From the NCBI GenBank assembly GCA_963835065.1, contig CAWIEK010000053.1, forward strand, positions 32,001 through 96,000: a stretch of DNA of 64,000 nucleotides. The letters run 5' to 3'. The DNA is from an uncultured Chthonomonadaceae bacterium (GTDB lineage: Bacteria > Armatimonadota > Chthonomonadetes > Chthonomonadales > Chthonomonadaceae). Both the position numbers and the translations under genes were made by a program. This document shows, piece after piece, positions 20,421-31,755 of the stretch (the first letter of the stretch is position 1; each line of letters starts with the position of its first letter). Below the pieces are notes generated by a model, which searched no databases, was not told where the DNA came from, and saw only the letters and a list, made by a program, of their open reading frames with translations.

Positions 20421-22990
20421 TGTTAAATATATTCCCTACGTTCCCAACACGACTGCCGGGCAGGCGATTCTGGACAACATCACCCGTACCCGCCGCGTCC
20501 TGCGCTACCGGGACAACGACAAAGTGCTGGACCACATCCGGCGCGGCCTGCCCCTGTACGAAACCGCCTGCGTGGAAACGGTGGGCACGGAGGATGCGTC
20601 GGGCAATCTGCTGCTGCGCGGCGAGTGCCTGTCCGCCTGCGCGTACCTCAAAGACAAGGGCATCGAACTGGATTTGGTGTACATTGACCCGCCGTTCGCG
20701 TCCGGGGCCGATTACGCCAAAAGCGTGTATCTGCGCCGCAATCCCAAACAAGCGCAAATGCTTGCCGACGCCGAGCAGGAATTGGAACTCGACGAACTCC
20801 GCGCCTTTGAAGAAAAAATGTACGGCGACATCTGGAACAAGGAAGACTACCTGAACTGGATGTTTGAAAATCTGACGGCCATCAAGTCCGTAATGAGCGA
20901 AACCGCCAGTATCTACGTGCATCTCGACGAACATATTGGGCATTACGTTAAGATTTTGCTGGATGAGGTTTTTGGTGAAGACAACTTCCAACGAGAGATT
21001 ATATGGGACATTCAGGTTTTATCTGGCTTCAAAACCAAAGCTCAAAACTGGATTAGAGGTCACGACATAATCTTCTACTACACCAAAAACGAAAACGCGA
21101 AAGTTTTCAATAAGTTGACACAACCTCACACTGAAAAATATCTCGCTATGTTCGACAGAGAAGACCCAGATGGCCGTAAATACCTGATTGCACATGGTAG
21201 TAAAAGATATAGAGATCAAATTGAAGACAAGGGTAAGAATCTATCTCAAAACAAAAGTGGCTCTGCAACGGGCAAGATGACCTCTTGCTTTAATACGTGC
21301 AACTTGCGGAACCACAGGAGGGCACAGGCGAGTTTGCAGGTTGCCAGGTAGTTGCTGGGCTTTTTGTCCCACCGGATGAGGATGCCGCGCCAACGCGACA
21401 GCCAAGCAAACGTGCGCTCCACCACCCAACGCCGCGCCGGATGCGTTTTCTCGCCCGCTTCGTCTTTCTTTTCTTCGCCAATGCGGCGAATGTGGGGCGT
21501 ATAGCCTGCTTTCTTAGCGGCTTCTTCCCCACGCGGATTGTCATAGCCTTTGTCCAGGCACAGGTTTTGAGGTTCTTCGGGCGTGGGCTGCGGACGGCAC
21601 ACCACCACCGCGCTGATCGTGGCCGCGAGCAGATGCGCGTCATTGGTGTTGGCGCTGCTGATACAAATGCCGGTCGGCCCGCCGTCGCCTTCCACTAAAA
21701 GGCTCTTTTTGACGCCTTGCTTCCCACGATCCGTGGGATTGGGACCGACACAGGCGTCGTCTTGTGCCCCTTTTTAGGCACACCGCGCGCTTTGCTCAGG
21801 CAGGCATCGGCAGATTGCCAGTCCCACTTTACGCCGCCCAAGAAGTCGCAATTGCGCAGAAGAACCGCCCACAACTTGCCGAACAAGTCCAGCTTCTCCC
21901 ACCGCTGCAAGGTGCGGTGGATGCTGGCATCGTCGCCAAACTCCTTGGGGAGTTGGTTCCATTGGCAGCCGGTACGCGCTCGGTAGATAATGCCGTTGAG
22001 AGCAAGACGGGCATCAATGCGCTTGCGTCCGCGTTTGCAAGGGGGATCGTACTGGTTGATCAACGCCTGAATGTGTTCCCATAACTCGTCGGGAACACGC
22101 CAGATCGTCGGTAAAGAGGGTGTCTGCGCCATAAGTCACTCCAAAAAAGTAGTCGTAACTTTATCATCGGCAGGCCAATGGACAAGCTGAAAACGCAGAT
22201 CGTCGGCTTGAAAAACGAGGACGGCCTGGACTCCTTTTGGGAAGGCGCGATACACGACTCAAACTGGGCATGATGCCCGTGTACCTGCCCAACCTGCTCG
22301 ACCACCAAACCAAAGTGCTGGACATACCGCTCGTCAACGCCGTTCTGCACGAAGCCCTGCCCAATCTGCCGGATGGGGTGAAGCAGGCCATTCTTTATTA
22401 CGTGGACATTTATGACCGGGCGGGCGTGGAGAAGTTTATCGCGGACGGAAAACATGACCGGCATCCAATTGGAACTGCGCGACCTCAAAGAAATCCTGGA
22501 TGAAATCGTTCTCAACGACGAGGCCGAATTTAACGTGACGGGAACGCGGGCGGCGCGTATACGGTGGAAATTGCCGCGTTTGCCAGTGACCGCCTGCAAG
22601 CCAAAATCAGCGAGTACAACCAGAAGAAAGGCTTGACCGGCAGGGCCAAAACGCCGCTCCTCACACCCGACGCGCCCGAAGCGGACAGTGACACGAACGG
22701 CGACAACGATGACGGAGAACCTGCCGCGCCGCGCCGCAAAACGCCGTTCACGCCCATACAGATCAGCCCGGACGGTTTGGAACTCATTGAATGGCTTAGT
22801 CTTGATTGCGCGGCGAGCGAAGGAAGCTGGCATTCCGACGCGGAAATCAAGATTGACAAAAAGGCTTCGTGACCCACGACGGACGGAAAACCAAAACCTT
22901 TTGGGACGCGAAAATCGCCGATGCTCGCAAGCCCCTGCGCCTGAAAATCCGCAACATCGCCGGGGACGAAAGTATTTTTAGTCTTGAACT
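20416..22990 (+). pseudogene. mod: Type III-like N6-adenine methyltransferase interrupted by an IS and internally deleted
   Basis: LVYIDPPF and IYVHLD..IGHYVK, then an AT-rich TRD cut at ~21235. The C-terminal part resumes at 22178 (MDKLKTQIVGL...IRNIAGDE). No TQKP or DxFxGSG motif I is visible. Confidence 0.85.
21234..22163 (-). mobile_element. IS5-family element, two-ORF transposase with a probable programmed -1 frameshift
   Basis: ORF A 22132-21695 (DELWEHI, GIIYRARTGCQW, WDWQSAD). ORF B has GPNPTDRGK, CLDKGYD, RWVVERTFAWL. Slippery AAAAAGGGG at 21775-21767. An IS5-like end is seen at 21234 (TAAGAATCTATCTC); the opposite end is not found. Confidence 0.92.
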
Positions 22991-23010
22991 ACGATTTAAG
23001 AGGTTAGCGC

Positions 23011-24411
23011 ATGGATGTACCCCCTGAAGATATGGAGAAATGCCTTGAGGTGTTGCAGCGGATTGCTGATGGTCCGGGCAGCGTGTATCGTGACGCCCGT
23101 TTTCGCGGCCTGATTTCCAAAATCCATAAAGCGGGGATGCGGGACGACAAACGCGCCGAACGCTGGCGGCAAACGGTGGAAGACCGCGCCCTGCTGGCGA
23201 CGACGGGAATGGTGCAAATCCAGCGCGACGCTCTGCCGCCCCATGCGCTGCCGCCGCCCGATGTATCCGGGGAACGGACGCTGAACAACCCGGAAGCCTG
23301 CTACATCTGCAAAGCCGCCTATACCGAAGTCCACTTTTTCTATCATCTGCTGTGCCCGGACTGCGCGGCCTTCAACTATGAAATGCGCAATCGGCGCGCA
23401 AACCTGACGGGGCGCGTGGCACTCGTCACGGGCGGGCGCGTCAAGATCGGATTCCAGACCGTTTTGCGCCTGCTGCGCGACGGGGCCAAAGTAATCGTTA
23501 CGACGCGGTTTCCTCATGCCGCCGCGCGCCGGTTTGCCGCCGAAGCCGATAGCGGGCAATGGGAAGACCGCCTGCATCTGTATGGCCTCGATTTGCGCAA
23601 CATCCCGGCTGTGGAAGCGTTCGCGCGGCATCTTCTGGATACCGAACCGTATCTCGACATCATTATTCACAACGCCGCGCAAACCATTCGCCGCCCACAC
23701 GGGTTTTATCAGGAGTTGCTGGCGCAGGAGCAGTGTCCGCAGGAGACTTTGTCATTGGAAGCGCGGCGGCTGGTGCGGCAGGGATTGCCGTCCCTGCCCG
23801 CGCTGACGGATGGTTCCGCCCTGTTGCCTGCCGCCCCGTCCGCCGCGATGGACACGCTCCCCATTATGGACATTCTGCCCGCCGATGCTTACGAGGACCA
23901 TGAGGAGCGCGTTGATTCGAGTACTACCAATAGCTGGCTGCTCCGATTGGACGATGTGAGCGCGCCGGAAATGCTGGAAGTGCAGTTAGTCAACAGCGTC
24001 GCGCCGTTTCTGCTCAACAGCCGCCTGAAGCCGTGCCTCCTGCGCGCGCCTTTTGCCCGCCGCTTCATCGTCAACGTGTCCGCGATGGAGGGGCAGTTTC
24101 AGCGCCATAAAACCGTGTTTCATCCGCACACCAACATGGCAAAAGCCGCCCTGAACATGATGACGCGCACCAGTGGCGAAGACTATGCCCGCGACGGCAT
24201 TTACATGACCAGCGTGGATACGGGCTGGGTCACGGATGAAAACCCCACGCCCAAGCGTACCCGGCGTCAGGAAGATACTGGGTTCTTTCCTCCCTTAGAT
24301 ATTTTCGACGGCATGGCCCGCATCTACCACCCAATTGCGCAGGGCATCGAAAGCGACGAAGAGCCTTTCTTCGGCGTATTTCTAAAAGATTACGCGCCGT
24401 GTCCCTGGTGA
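23011..24411 (+). CDS. SDR-family oxidoreductase with an N-terminal Cys/His (Zn-finger-like) extension
   Basis: CYIC...HLLCPDC, VTGGRVKIG, HNAAQT, NVSAMEG, HTNMAKAALN. Confidence 0.88.
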   Translation: MDVPPEDMEKCLEVLQRIADGPGSVYRDARFRGLISKIHKAGMRDDKRAERWRQTVEDRALLATTGMVQIQRDALPPHALPPPDVSGERTLNNPEACYICKAAYTEVHFFYHLLCPDCAAFNYEMRNRRANLTGRVALVTGGRVKIGFQTVLRLLRDGAKVIVTTRFPHAAARRFAAEADSGQWEDRLHLYGLDLRNIPAVEAFARHLLDTEPYLDIIIHNAAQTIRRPHGFYQELLAQEQCPQETLSLEARRLVRQGLPSLPALTDGSALLPAAPSAAMDTLPIMDILPADAYEDHEERVDSSTTNSWLLRLDDVSAPEMLEVQLVNSVAPFLLNSRLKPCLLRAPFARRFIVNVSAMEGQFQRHKTVFHPHTNMAKAALNMMTRTSGEDYARDGIYMTSVDTGWVTDENPTPKRTRRQEDTGFFPPLDIFDGMARIYHPIAQGIESDEEPFFGVFLKDYAPCPW

Positions 24412-24456
24412 CACTGCTAATTTAATAATTTTTGCTTCTTTTGGAATGATTACACT

Positions 24457-25638
24457 ATGAAAACACACGATGTTGTGATTGTGGGGGCGGCGCGAACGCC
24501 GATTGGACGCGCGCCTAAAGGCACACTACGCTTGACGCGCCCGGACGATCTGGCCGCTATCGCCATTCGCGCCGCATTGGAACGGGCGCATGGAATCATG
24601 CCCGAACAGGTGGAAGATGTGATTTTGGGATGCGCCACGCCCGAAGCCGAACAGGGGTTGAACGTCGCCCGCATTGCCGCCCTGCGGGCCGGATTGCCTC
24701 AAAGCGTTTCCGGCCTGACGCTGAACCGCTTTTGCGCGTCCGGGCTGGAAGCCATTGCGGTTGCAGCCGCCAAAATCGCAACCGGGCAGGCGGAAATTAT
24801 CGTTGCGGGCGGCACGGAAAGCATGAGCCTGGTTCCCTTCATGGGCGACACGATGCGCCCCAACCCCTATTTAATGGAACGCGCGCCGGACACCTATATC
24901 AGCATGGGGCTGTCAGTGGAAGGCATAGCCCGCGAGTTCAACATCCGCCGGGACGCTTCCGACGCGCTTTCCCTGCAAAGCCACCAGCGCGCCCTGGCCG
25001 CGCAGGACGCGGGACGGTTTGACGAAGAGATTGTTCCCGTCTGTGTTCAAGTTCAGGCAGAGAATGAAAACGGGATGGATGCGCGGGAAATCGTGTTCGA
25101 CAAAGATGAAGGGCCGCGCCGCGAAACCTCCCCGGAAGCCCTGGCGAAATTGAAGCCCGCGTTTCTCCCGGAGGGCGTGATTACCGCCGGCAACGCTTCG
25201 CAGCGCAGCGATGGCGCGGCAGCCGTCGTGCTGACCACTGCGGAAAAAGCGGCAGAATTGGGCTTGAAACCCCTGGCGCGTTTCGTCGGGTATGCCGTGG
25301 CGGCTGTGGAACCGGAGCGCTTTGGCATTGCGCCCGCCTACGCGGTTCCCAAACTGCTCAAGCAAACCGGCATTAAATTGGAAGACATTAACCTGATTGA
25401 ATTCAACGAAGCCTTTGCCGCGCAGTTTTTGGCTTCGCAGGAGATATATCCGCTTCCCATTGAGCGCGTGAACGTCAACGGCGGCGCGATTGCCCTCGGC
25501 CATCCGCTCGGGGCAACGGGCGCGCGCCAAACCGTGACTCTACTGCACGAGGGCAAAAGGCGCAAGGCGAAGTACGGCATGGTGACAATGTGCGCCGCGC
25601 TGGGCATGGGCGCGGCGGGGCTGTTTGAACTGCTTTGA
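24457..25638 (+). CDS. fadA: Acetyl-CoA C-acyltransferase (thiolase)
   Basis: NRFCASG, NEAFA, GGAIALGHPLGATG, TMCAALGMG. Confidence 0.95.
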   Translation: MKTHDVVIVGAARTPIGRAPKGTLRLTRPDDLAAIAIRAALERAHGIMPEQVEDVILGCATPEAEQGLNVARIAALRAGLPQSVSGLTLNRFCASGLEAIAVAAAKIATGQAEIIVAGGTESMSLVPFMGDTMRPNPYLMERAPDTYISMGLSVEGIAREFNIRRDASDALSLQSHQRALAAQDAGRFDEEIVPVCVQVQAENENGMDAREIVFDKDEGPRRETSPEALAKLKPAFLPEGVITAGNASQRSDGAAAVVLTTAEKAAELGLKPLARFVGYAVAAVEPERFGIAPAYAVPKLLKQTGIKLEDINLIEFNEAFAAQFLASQEIYPLPIERVNVNGGAIALGHPLGATGARQTVTLLHEGKRRKAKYGMVTMCAALGMGAAGLFELL

Positions 25639-25646
25639 GAAACGGG

Positions 25647-25682
25647 GTTCAGGTGTTCAGGTGTTCGGGTATTCAGGTGTTG
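25647..25682. repeat. Octamer array identical to 15105-15140
   Basis: GTTCAGGT GTTCAGGT GTTCGGGT ATTCAGGT GTTG at both sites. Confidence 0.9.
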
Positions 25683-25752
25683 GGACACCTAGCGTTTTCA
25701 GCAGGGGTGGTGAACGCCGTTTGTAAGTTCTGCTGTGAAAGGAAGTGTAACT

Positions 25753-25986
25753 ATGTCGGCAGCAACGTTTGATTTTGAAGCGCGTTATCCGCATATCGCC
25801 GCCTGGATTGAATTGGAAGGCTCCATTGAAATCGGACACGAACCCAATACGGACAGCTACGCTCGCGCGCTGGATGAGGGCGGCATGGTTTGGTCGGGCG
25901 GGCATCAGAATGGTTCGCTCGATGACTGGCTGCAAGCGCTGGACGCGGGACTTGCAGACTTTATGGAGGCGGAGGGGATAGGCTAA
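25753..25986 (+). CDS. Small acidic hypothetical protein
   Basis: AAGGAAG RBS. YPHIAAWI...IEIG...RALDEGGMVW. Adjacent to the next gene. Confidence 0.7.
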   Translation: MSAATFDFEARYPHIAAWIELEGSIEIGHEPNTDSYARALDEGGMVWSGGHQNGSLDDWLQALDAGLADFMEAEGIG

Positions 25987-25989
25987 ACG

Positions 25990-26706
25990 ATGCGCTTCCT
26001 GCAAAATCTGTTCAAATCTAAAGAAGAAGGCGATCTATCCGGTGTACCCGATTACCGCGTTGGCGACTCGGTTGTTGTCAAACAAGGCGTGATGTGTCCC
26101 GACAAGCCCGAACTCTCCCTCGCCGGCTGGCAGGGACGCATTACCGAACTGTACCTGGAAGAAGGCAATGTCTTCATTGATTGGGATACCCCAACGCTGC
26201 GGGCCATGCCGGACGATTACATCCGCGAGTGCGAGATAGAAGGGTTGGGATGGGACAGCATGGTATTGGGCGCAGACGAGGTACTCCCCGCCCAACCGCG
26301 CGACAATGAACAGGAACGGGCAAAAGTCAGTGAAGAAATCGAGAAACGTCACCAATGGGATTATCTTGCCGACGAAAATCCCGGTATCCGCGAGGTTCTC
26401 GGCGGCCTGGAAGACGGCGATATTATGTCGTGCCTGGCAGCGTGGGAGGAGCATCTCAGCGCCGCGCTGAAATTCCCCTTCGAGGCTAAAGTGGCGGAAC
26501 AAATCACCCGCTACCCGGTAGGCGTCGGCGAAAAAGTTCTATTGACCGGCCTTGAAGATGCAGATGATCTATACGGCCTTTTGGTGAATGTCCGGTTTGG
26601 CCGGAAGCAATATACGTTACCCCTGTGCGACCTTGAGGCAACAGATGAGAACTCTCCCAACTACCAGCCGCTCAGAGATTACGTCGTCTGGTTCGCCAAC
26701 CGTTAG
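25990..26706 (+). CDS. Hypothetical protein with two SH3-like repeats, C-terminal CcbP (calcium-binding protein)-like
   Basis: WEEHLSAALKFPFEA, DDLYGLL, LPLCDLE, LRDYVVWFAN. Confidence 0.65.
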   Translation: MRFLQNLFKSKEEGDLSGVPDYRVGDSVVVKQGVMCPDKPELSLAGWQGRITELYLEEGNVFIDWDTPTLRAMPDDYIRECEIEGLGWDSMVLGADEVLPAQPRDNEQERAKVSEEIEKRHQWDYLADENPGIREVLGGLEDGDIMSCLAAWEEHLSAALKFPFEAKVAEQITRYPVGVGEKVLLTGLEDADDLYGLLVNVRFGRKQYTLPLCDLEATDENSPNYQPLRDYVVWFANR

Positions 26707-28205
26707 GTCTTGTTGCTTGCTCTTTTCTTAACTGCGTTTGTAAACCGCGTTTGCAGCAATGCCCAACCGCACAGCGCGACGGACACGAACAGGCACAACT
26801 GCCCGAAGCGCCAGCCGCCGCGCACAAAGATTGTCTGGCCTTGTATCCGCCCGACGGTAACATCAAGCCGCGCCGGACTGGTCGTGGCAACGCGGGCTGT
26901 TTCCTGGCCGTTGGGCGCGGCGACCGACGTTCCGCCCGCCACATCTGCCCGCGCCAGCCACTTCCCGCACTCCGCCGCCCGCATCTGGAACATCAGGCGG
27001 TGCTGAACGCGCTGCATCTCGCCCCATTCCGGCGGATCGTCGTTGGGAACCAGAAACACCTCGGCTCCATCCGCCGCCAATCGCCGCGCCACATCCGGGT
27101 AGTCCATGTCAAAGCAAATGGCGACGCCGATTTTACCGGGCGGGGTTGCGATAGCGGTTGACTGTGTGCCTGCCACGCCATCTCGTATAAAATGCACGGG
27201 ATGGTTTTTGACGTGCCGCCCCACTTCCCTGCCGGTCGGGTCGAGCAGATACGCGGTGTTGCGGAAGCCTGCGGGAGAATCGAGGTCGAACTGATCCGTC
27301 GCGCCAAACAGCAGATAGGCGGATTGCTCCCGCGCCACTTGCTGCAAACCCTTCCACACTTTGGCGTCACGGGTCGGGTCGCGGACAAAGCTGTATTCCG
27401 GCCACACGATCACATCGGGCTTGTGTGGAGCATCGGAATTGGAACGCGACAGCCGGTAGAAACTGTCTTCATCTTCGGAATTGGCCTGCACGAGTCGAAC
27501 ATGCAGCGGGCGCTCCGGCGCGGGAGTCGAAGCGGGAACCACAAACAGCAGCAGCCAGCCACAATACAGGGCAAGCGGTTTCCAAACCAGTTTTTCGCGG
27601 CTGTCTCTTCCGCCAGTAAATCCCTCTGCCAGCAATGCGCCGAGCAGAACGATGCCGAACGTCAGCCCATAGCACCCGAACCACGCCGCGCATTTCGCCA
27701 AAACGGGAACATTGACTACGCCGTAGCCCAATCCCATCCAGCCGAAATTCAGCGCGAACGGTTCGGAGCGATAATATTCAATGCCTGTCCACAGCACGGG
27801 CGCGAGCAGCCAACCTGGAAAACGGGGCAGGCGCTCACGCAGCCAGACATACGTAACGGCAAAAATGGTAGGAAATACGGCGAGCAACGCGCATAAACTG
27901 ACAACCGCCATGCCGAACAGCCGGGAAAACCAGTACAAATCCGCGCAAAACCACGTCAGCCCGAACACAAACCCAAGATAAAACGCCTGCCGCCGCGTCA
28001 CGCCATGCAGCAGGAACAAAAACGCCGCCACGCACAAAGGCAGGAGAAAAGCCCATCCAACCGGAGGAAAACAAGCCGCCAGCAAGCCGCCCACGCCGCA
28101 AGCCAGAAGCAGTCGCCACCGGAACGCCAATGCCGACGGCACAGGCGGAATGGCAGGCTCAGGCGATGTTTTCGCCTGCAACGGCGCGTTTGCCTGAATG
28201 TCCAT
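26703..28205 (-). CDS. lnt: Apolipoprotein N-acyltransferase
   Basis: TM N-terminus, WTGIEYYRS, VIVWPE, KNHPV, AICFD. Confidence 0.88.
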   Translation of the reverse strand: MDIQANAPLQAKTSPEPAIPPVPSALAFRWRLLLACGVGGLLAACFPPVGWAFLLPLCVAAFLFLLHGVTRRQAFYLGFVFGLTWFCADLYWFSRLFGMAVVSLCALLAVFPTIFAVTYVWLRERLPRFPGWLLAPVLWTGIEYYRSEPFALNFGWMGLGYGVVNVPVLAKCAAWFGCYGLTFGIVLLGALLAEGFTGGRDSREKLVWKPLALYCGWLLLFVVPASTPAPERPLHVRLVQANSEDEDSFYRLSRSNSDAPHKPDVIVWPEYSFVRDPTRDAKVWKGLQQVAREQSAYLLFGATDQFDLDSPAGFRNTAYLLDPTGREVGRHVKNHPVHFIRDGVAGTQSTAIATPPGKIGVAICFDMDYPDVARRLAADGAEVFLVPNDDPPEWGEMQRVQHRLMFQMRAAECGKWLARADVAGGTSVAAPNGQETARVATTSPARLDVTVGRIQGQTIFVRGGWRFGQLCLFVSVALCGWALLQTRFTNAVKKRASNKT

Positions 28206-28217
28206 GTTCCTCTTCCT

Positions 28218-29120
28218 TCACTGACATTGGCGCAGGGAACGGTTCAGTTTGGATGCCAGAAAGCGCGTCGCCACTCCCACTTGTTCGGCATCAACGCCCG
28301 TTTCAATGCCCATGCCGCGCAGCAATCCAAGCAAATCTTCGGTTGCCAGATTGCCCGCCGCGCCGGGAGCAAACGGACAGCCGCCCACGCCGCCCGCCGC
28401 CGAGTCAAAATTGGCAACGCCATATTGCAATGCGGTTTGTACGTTTTCCAGCGCCATTCCGCGCGTGTCGTGGAAATGGTAGGCGGTTTGCGGCAGGGGC
28501 AGGACAGGGCGCAATGCTTCGGTCAAATCCGCCACTTGATCGGGGGTGGCGTGGCCGATGGTATCGCCAAGCGAAATCTCCGCAACGCCCATTGCCAGCA
28601 GTTCCGCAACAATGGGCGATACCTGCGCAGGCTGAATAACGCCCTCAAACGGACAAACGAACGCGGTGGAAACATACGCGCGCACCCACAAACCCTTTGC
28701 CTGCGCAAGGGGCATTAGAGCGCGAAAGTTGTCAAGCGATCCGGCAATCGTCGTGCCGATGTTGCGTTGCGTAAACGTTTCACTGGCCGCCGTAAACAGC
28801 GCAATCGCCTTCACGCCGGCATCGAGCGCGCGTTCCAATCCTTTCGCATTAGGAACAAGGGCCGAATAGCGCACATCGGCGCGGGGCGCAAGCCCGGCAA
28901 AAACTTCACTCGCATCCGCAAGCTGCGGCACGCGCGCCGGATTGACAAACGACGAAACTTCAATATCCGCAAACCCCGCTTCCGCAAGCATTTCAATAAA
29001 CTGAACTTTATCCTCTGTAGAAAGAATGACTGCCTCGTTTTGCAGCCCATCGCGCGGTCCAACCTCGACCACGCGCGCTTTTGTGGGAAGCGCCGCCCCA
29101 AATACCGACAACTCACCCAT
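28218..29120 (-). CDS. liuE: Hydroxymethylglutaryl-CoA lyase
   Basis: VEVGPRDGLQNE, SLGDTIG, HFHDTRG, GGCPFAPGAAGNLATED. Confidence 0.95.
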   Translation of the reverse strand: MGELSVFGAALPTKARVVEVGPRDGLQNEAVILSTEDKVQFIEMLAEAGFADIEVSSFVNPARVPQLADASEVFAGLAPRADVRYSALVPNAKGLERALDAGVKAIALFTAASETFTQRNIGTTIAGSLDNFRALMPLAQAKGLWVRAYVSTAFVCPFEGVIQPAQVSPIVAELLAMGVAEISLGDTIGHATPDQVADLTEALRPVLPLPQTAYHFHDTRGMALENVQTALQYGVANFDSAAGGVGGCPFAPGAAGNLATEDLLGLLRGMGIETGVDAEQVGVATRFLASKLNRSLRQCQ

Positions 29121-29307
29121 TTCGGCCTCTTTCTTATAGAGCAGTCCCTCACACCTTGTATAATTGCGTCTTGTCCGGTATATACCATCTAAATTCTTTA
29201 CCGGATACGCAGGACTGCGGCCAATTGTCCTGCGGACACCACATTGTGCCATGTTTAAGCGGTTTGTCTATTACATCCTGCGCCAACCTCTATATTCTTT
29301 TGCATCT

Positions 29308-29411
29308 TTTCGTTTCTTTCGTTTCTTTCGCGGTTCCTAATCTCTTCTTTTCTCCTTTTCTTCTTTTCTTTTTTTCTCTGTGCCCCCTCTGTGTCTCTGT
29401 GCCTCTGTGGT
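29308..29411. repeat. Compound 9-mer element homologous to the left half of 893-1219 (reverse orientation)
   Basis: TTTCGTTTCTTTCGTTTCTTTCGCGGTTCC, a pyrimidine tract, then CCTCTGTGTCTCTGTGCCTCTGTGG. Confidence 0.82.
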
Positions 29412-29416
29412 GGAAG

Positions 29417-29980
29417 TTACTCCTGCGCCGTAACTTCCACTACCAAAGCGCCGCGCCCGATCTGCTGCTTTTTCTCTACTGTTAATGACGTAACGGTTCC
29501 CGCAAACGGCGCTTCCAGCGTCGTCATAACTTTCATGGCTTCCAAAATTACGAGCGGCTGCCGCGCTTCCACCTGCTGCCCGACTGTCACCAGCACATCG
29601 GCGACAATGCCGGACATGGGCGCGGTTAAAACGCCCGATGCCGCCGTGTCTTTCCGTCCCGAAGCGCGCGTTGCAGGGACACTGAACGTATAAGCGTTGC
29701 CGTCATAAAAGAACGCGGCATCACTTCCCGAACGCGCAAAGGGGACGCGAAAAACCCGCGACGGCCTTATTCCCAATGATTCCGGTGCAGCCAAAGCGGA
29801 CGGCAAGACATTGGCCTCTTGCGAACCATCCACAGCCGTCACCTGTAAAACATCGTTGGCGTGGCGGATAGCCGTAATGCGGTGTTCAGAGCCGTCCGGC
29901 AGGCGAACGCGCCAGCCGTCGCCGTCCGGCTCTACATCCAGCGTAACCCGTTCATCTCCAAATTGCCGTTCTATCTGCAT
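29417..29980 (-). CDS. BT domain plus biotin carboxyl carrier subunit of methylcrotonyl-CoA carboxylase
   Basis: LTAPMSG and ILEAMKV biotinyl motif. Confidence 0.9.
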   Translation of the reverse strand: MQIERQFGDERVTLDVEPDGDGWRVRLPDGSEHRITAIRHANDVLQVTAVDGSQEANVLPSALAAPESLGIRPSRVFRVPFARSGSDAAFFYDGNAYTFSVPATRASGRKDTAASGVLTAPMSGIVADVLVTVGQQVEARQPLVILEAMKVMTTLEAPFAGTVTSLTVEKKQQIGRGALVVEVTAQE

Positions 29981-30126
29981 ATCAATTCCGCCGTGACCTT
30001 CCGCGTCAGGATGTCAGGAACACTCAACGAGTAAACTGTTCCCATGAGCCGAGTCGTGAACGACCCGTCTAAAGGGTGTTCCGCCAGCCAATCTGCGACC
30101 GGAAACCTTATGTTGTTGGGCTTCCC

Positions 30127-31675
30127 TTACACGTTGCGCCAGGAACCCAATTGCTGCCAGGGATTGGTGACTGGTGGCTGGTGATTGGTGGTTGGCATTT
30201 GACGTGTTGAGGACGTTGCCGTTGCTGTGACGGCTTCCGCCACCAGTGCCAACAGTACCTCCGGCGGTATCTCCGTTGCGGGTTTCCAATCGGAAAAATG
30301 GTCGCGCAAAAATTGCGTGGACAAATCGCCAGCTTGAAAGGCGGGGTGACGCCCAATCGCCAGCAGATACGCGATATTGGTTTGGATGCCCAGTACGGCG
30401 AATTGCCTCAGCGCCTGCTCCAAGCGGGCAAGGCTTTCCTGCCGCGTCGCGCCCGTTGCAATCAGTTTCGCCAGCATCGGGTCATAATAAGGCGAAACTT
30501 CGCCGCCACGCTCCACGCCCGCGTCCACGCGAATTCCCGGCCCGCCCGGTTCCTGCCACTGCGTCAGAACGCCAACGGAAGGCATAAAGCCCGTTGCCGG
30601 GTCTTCGGCATAAATACGCGCTTCAATCGCATGGCCGGACGCGCGTATATCTTCCTGCGCAAAGGGGAGGGGCTTGCCGTCCGCAATGTCCAATTGCAGG
30701 CGTACCAGGTCCAGGCCGGTAATCGCTTCCGTAACGGGATGCTCCACTTGCAGGCGCGTATTCACTTCCAGAAAGTAAAAGGCGGCTTGATCGGCTTCGC
30801 TTTGATTATGCGCTTGATTGTCTGCGCTGTGCGGGGTCGGTTCCAGCAGAAACTCCACCGTACCCGCGTTCACATAACCTGCCGCCCGTCCCGCCGTCAC
30901 CGCCGCGTTTGTGATTCGCGCCCGGAGTTCCGGCGTCAGGATTGGAGACGGACTCTCTTCCATGATTTTCTGGTGGCGGCGCTGAATGGAACACTCGCGT
31001 TCATACAGATGGACGACATTGCCCTGCATGTCGCCAAATATCTGTACTTCAATATGACGTGGACGGGCTAGATAGCGCTCCAATAGCAGCCTGTCATCGC
31101 CAAACGCGGCCTGCGCTTCCCGCCGCGCTTCCACAATGGCATCCGCCAGTTGATCGCTTTGCGTAACCACGCGCATACCCCGCCCGCCGCCGCCCGCCGC
31201 CGCTTTTACCAACAGCGGCAAGGGAATCAGCGCGGCTTCGGCCAACAAACGCGCGTCGCTTTGATCGTCGCCATTATAGCCCGGCACAACGGGTACGCCC
31301 GCCTGCTGCATCAAGCGCTTGGCCGCAATCTTATCCCCAAGCCGCCGTATCACGCCCGACGGTGGCCCGACAAAGATTAACCCGGCTTCCTCACAGGCGG
31401 CGGCAAAATCCGCGTTTTCCGACAAAAACCCGTAACCCGGATGAACCGCGTCCGCCCCACCCGCCTTTGCCGCAGCCAGCAAATTGGCGATGTTCAGGTA
31501 GCTGTCTTTGGCCGGGGCCGCGACCAATGCAGTACGCTTCCTCCGCCAAACCCATATACAGCGCGTCCCGGTCCGCTTCCGAATACACGGCCAGCGGCGT
31601 AATGCCCGCTTCCCAGCAGGCGCGTATGATGCGAACGGCGATTTCGCCGCGATTTGCAATGAGGAGACGGTTCAT
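30127..31675 (-). CDS. liuD: Biotin carboxylase subunit (MCC alpha; frameshift near 31515)
   Basis: [53 protein letters not shown]. Confidence 0.93.
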
Positions 31676-31710
31676 AGGGTTTTAGGGTTTTAGGGTTTTA
31701 GGGTTTTAGG
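31675..31710. repeat. Octamer array TTTTAGGG x4.5
   Basis: Abuts the liuD start codon. A degenerate inverse arm lies at ~31739-31766 and a shorter copy at 56522-56541. Confidence 0.9.
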
Positions 31711-31755
31711 TGAGAAGAACAAGCGCCTGCCTGATTCCCCTAACACCATAGAACC

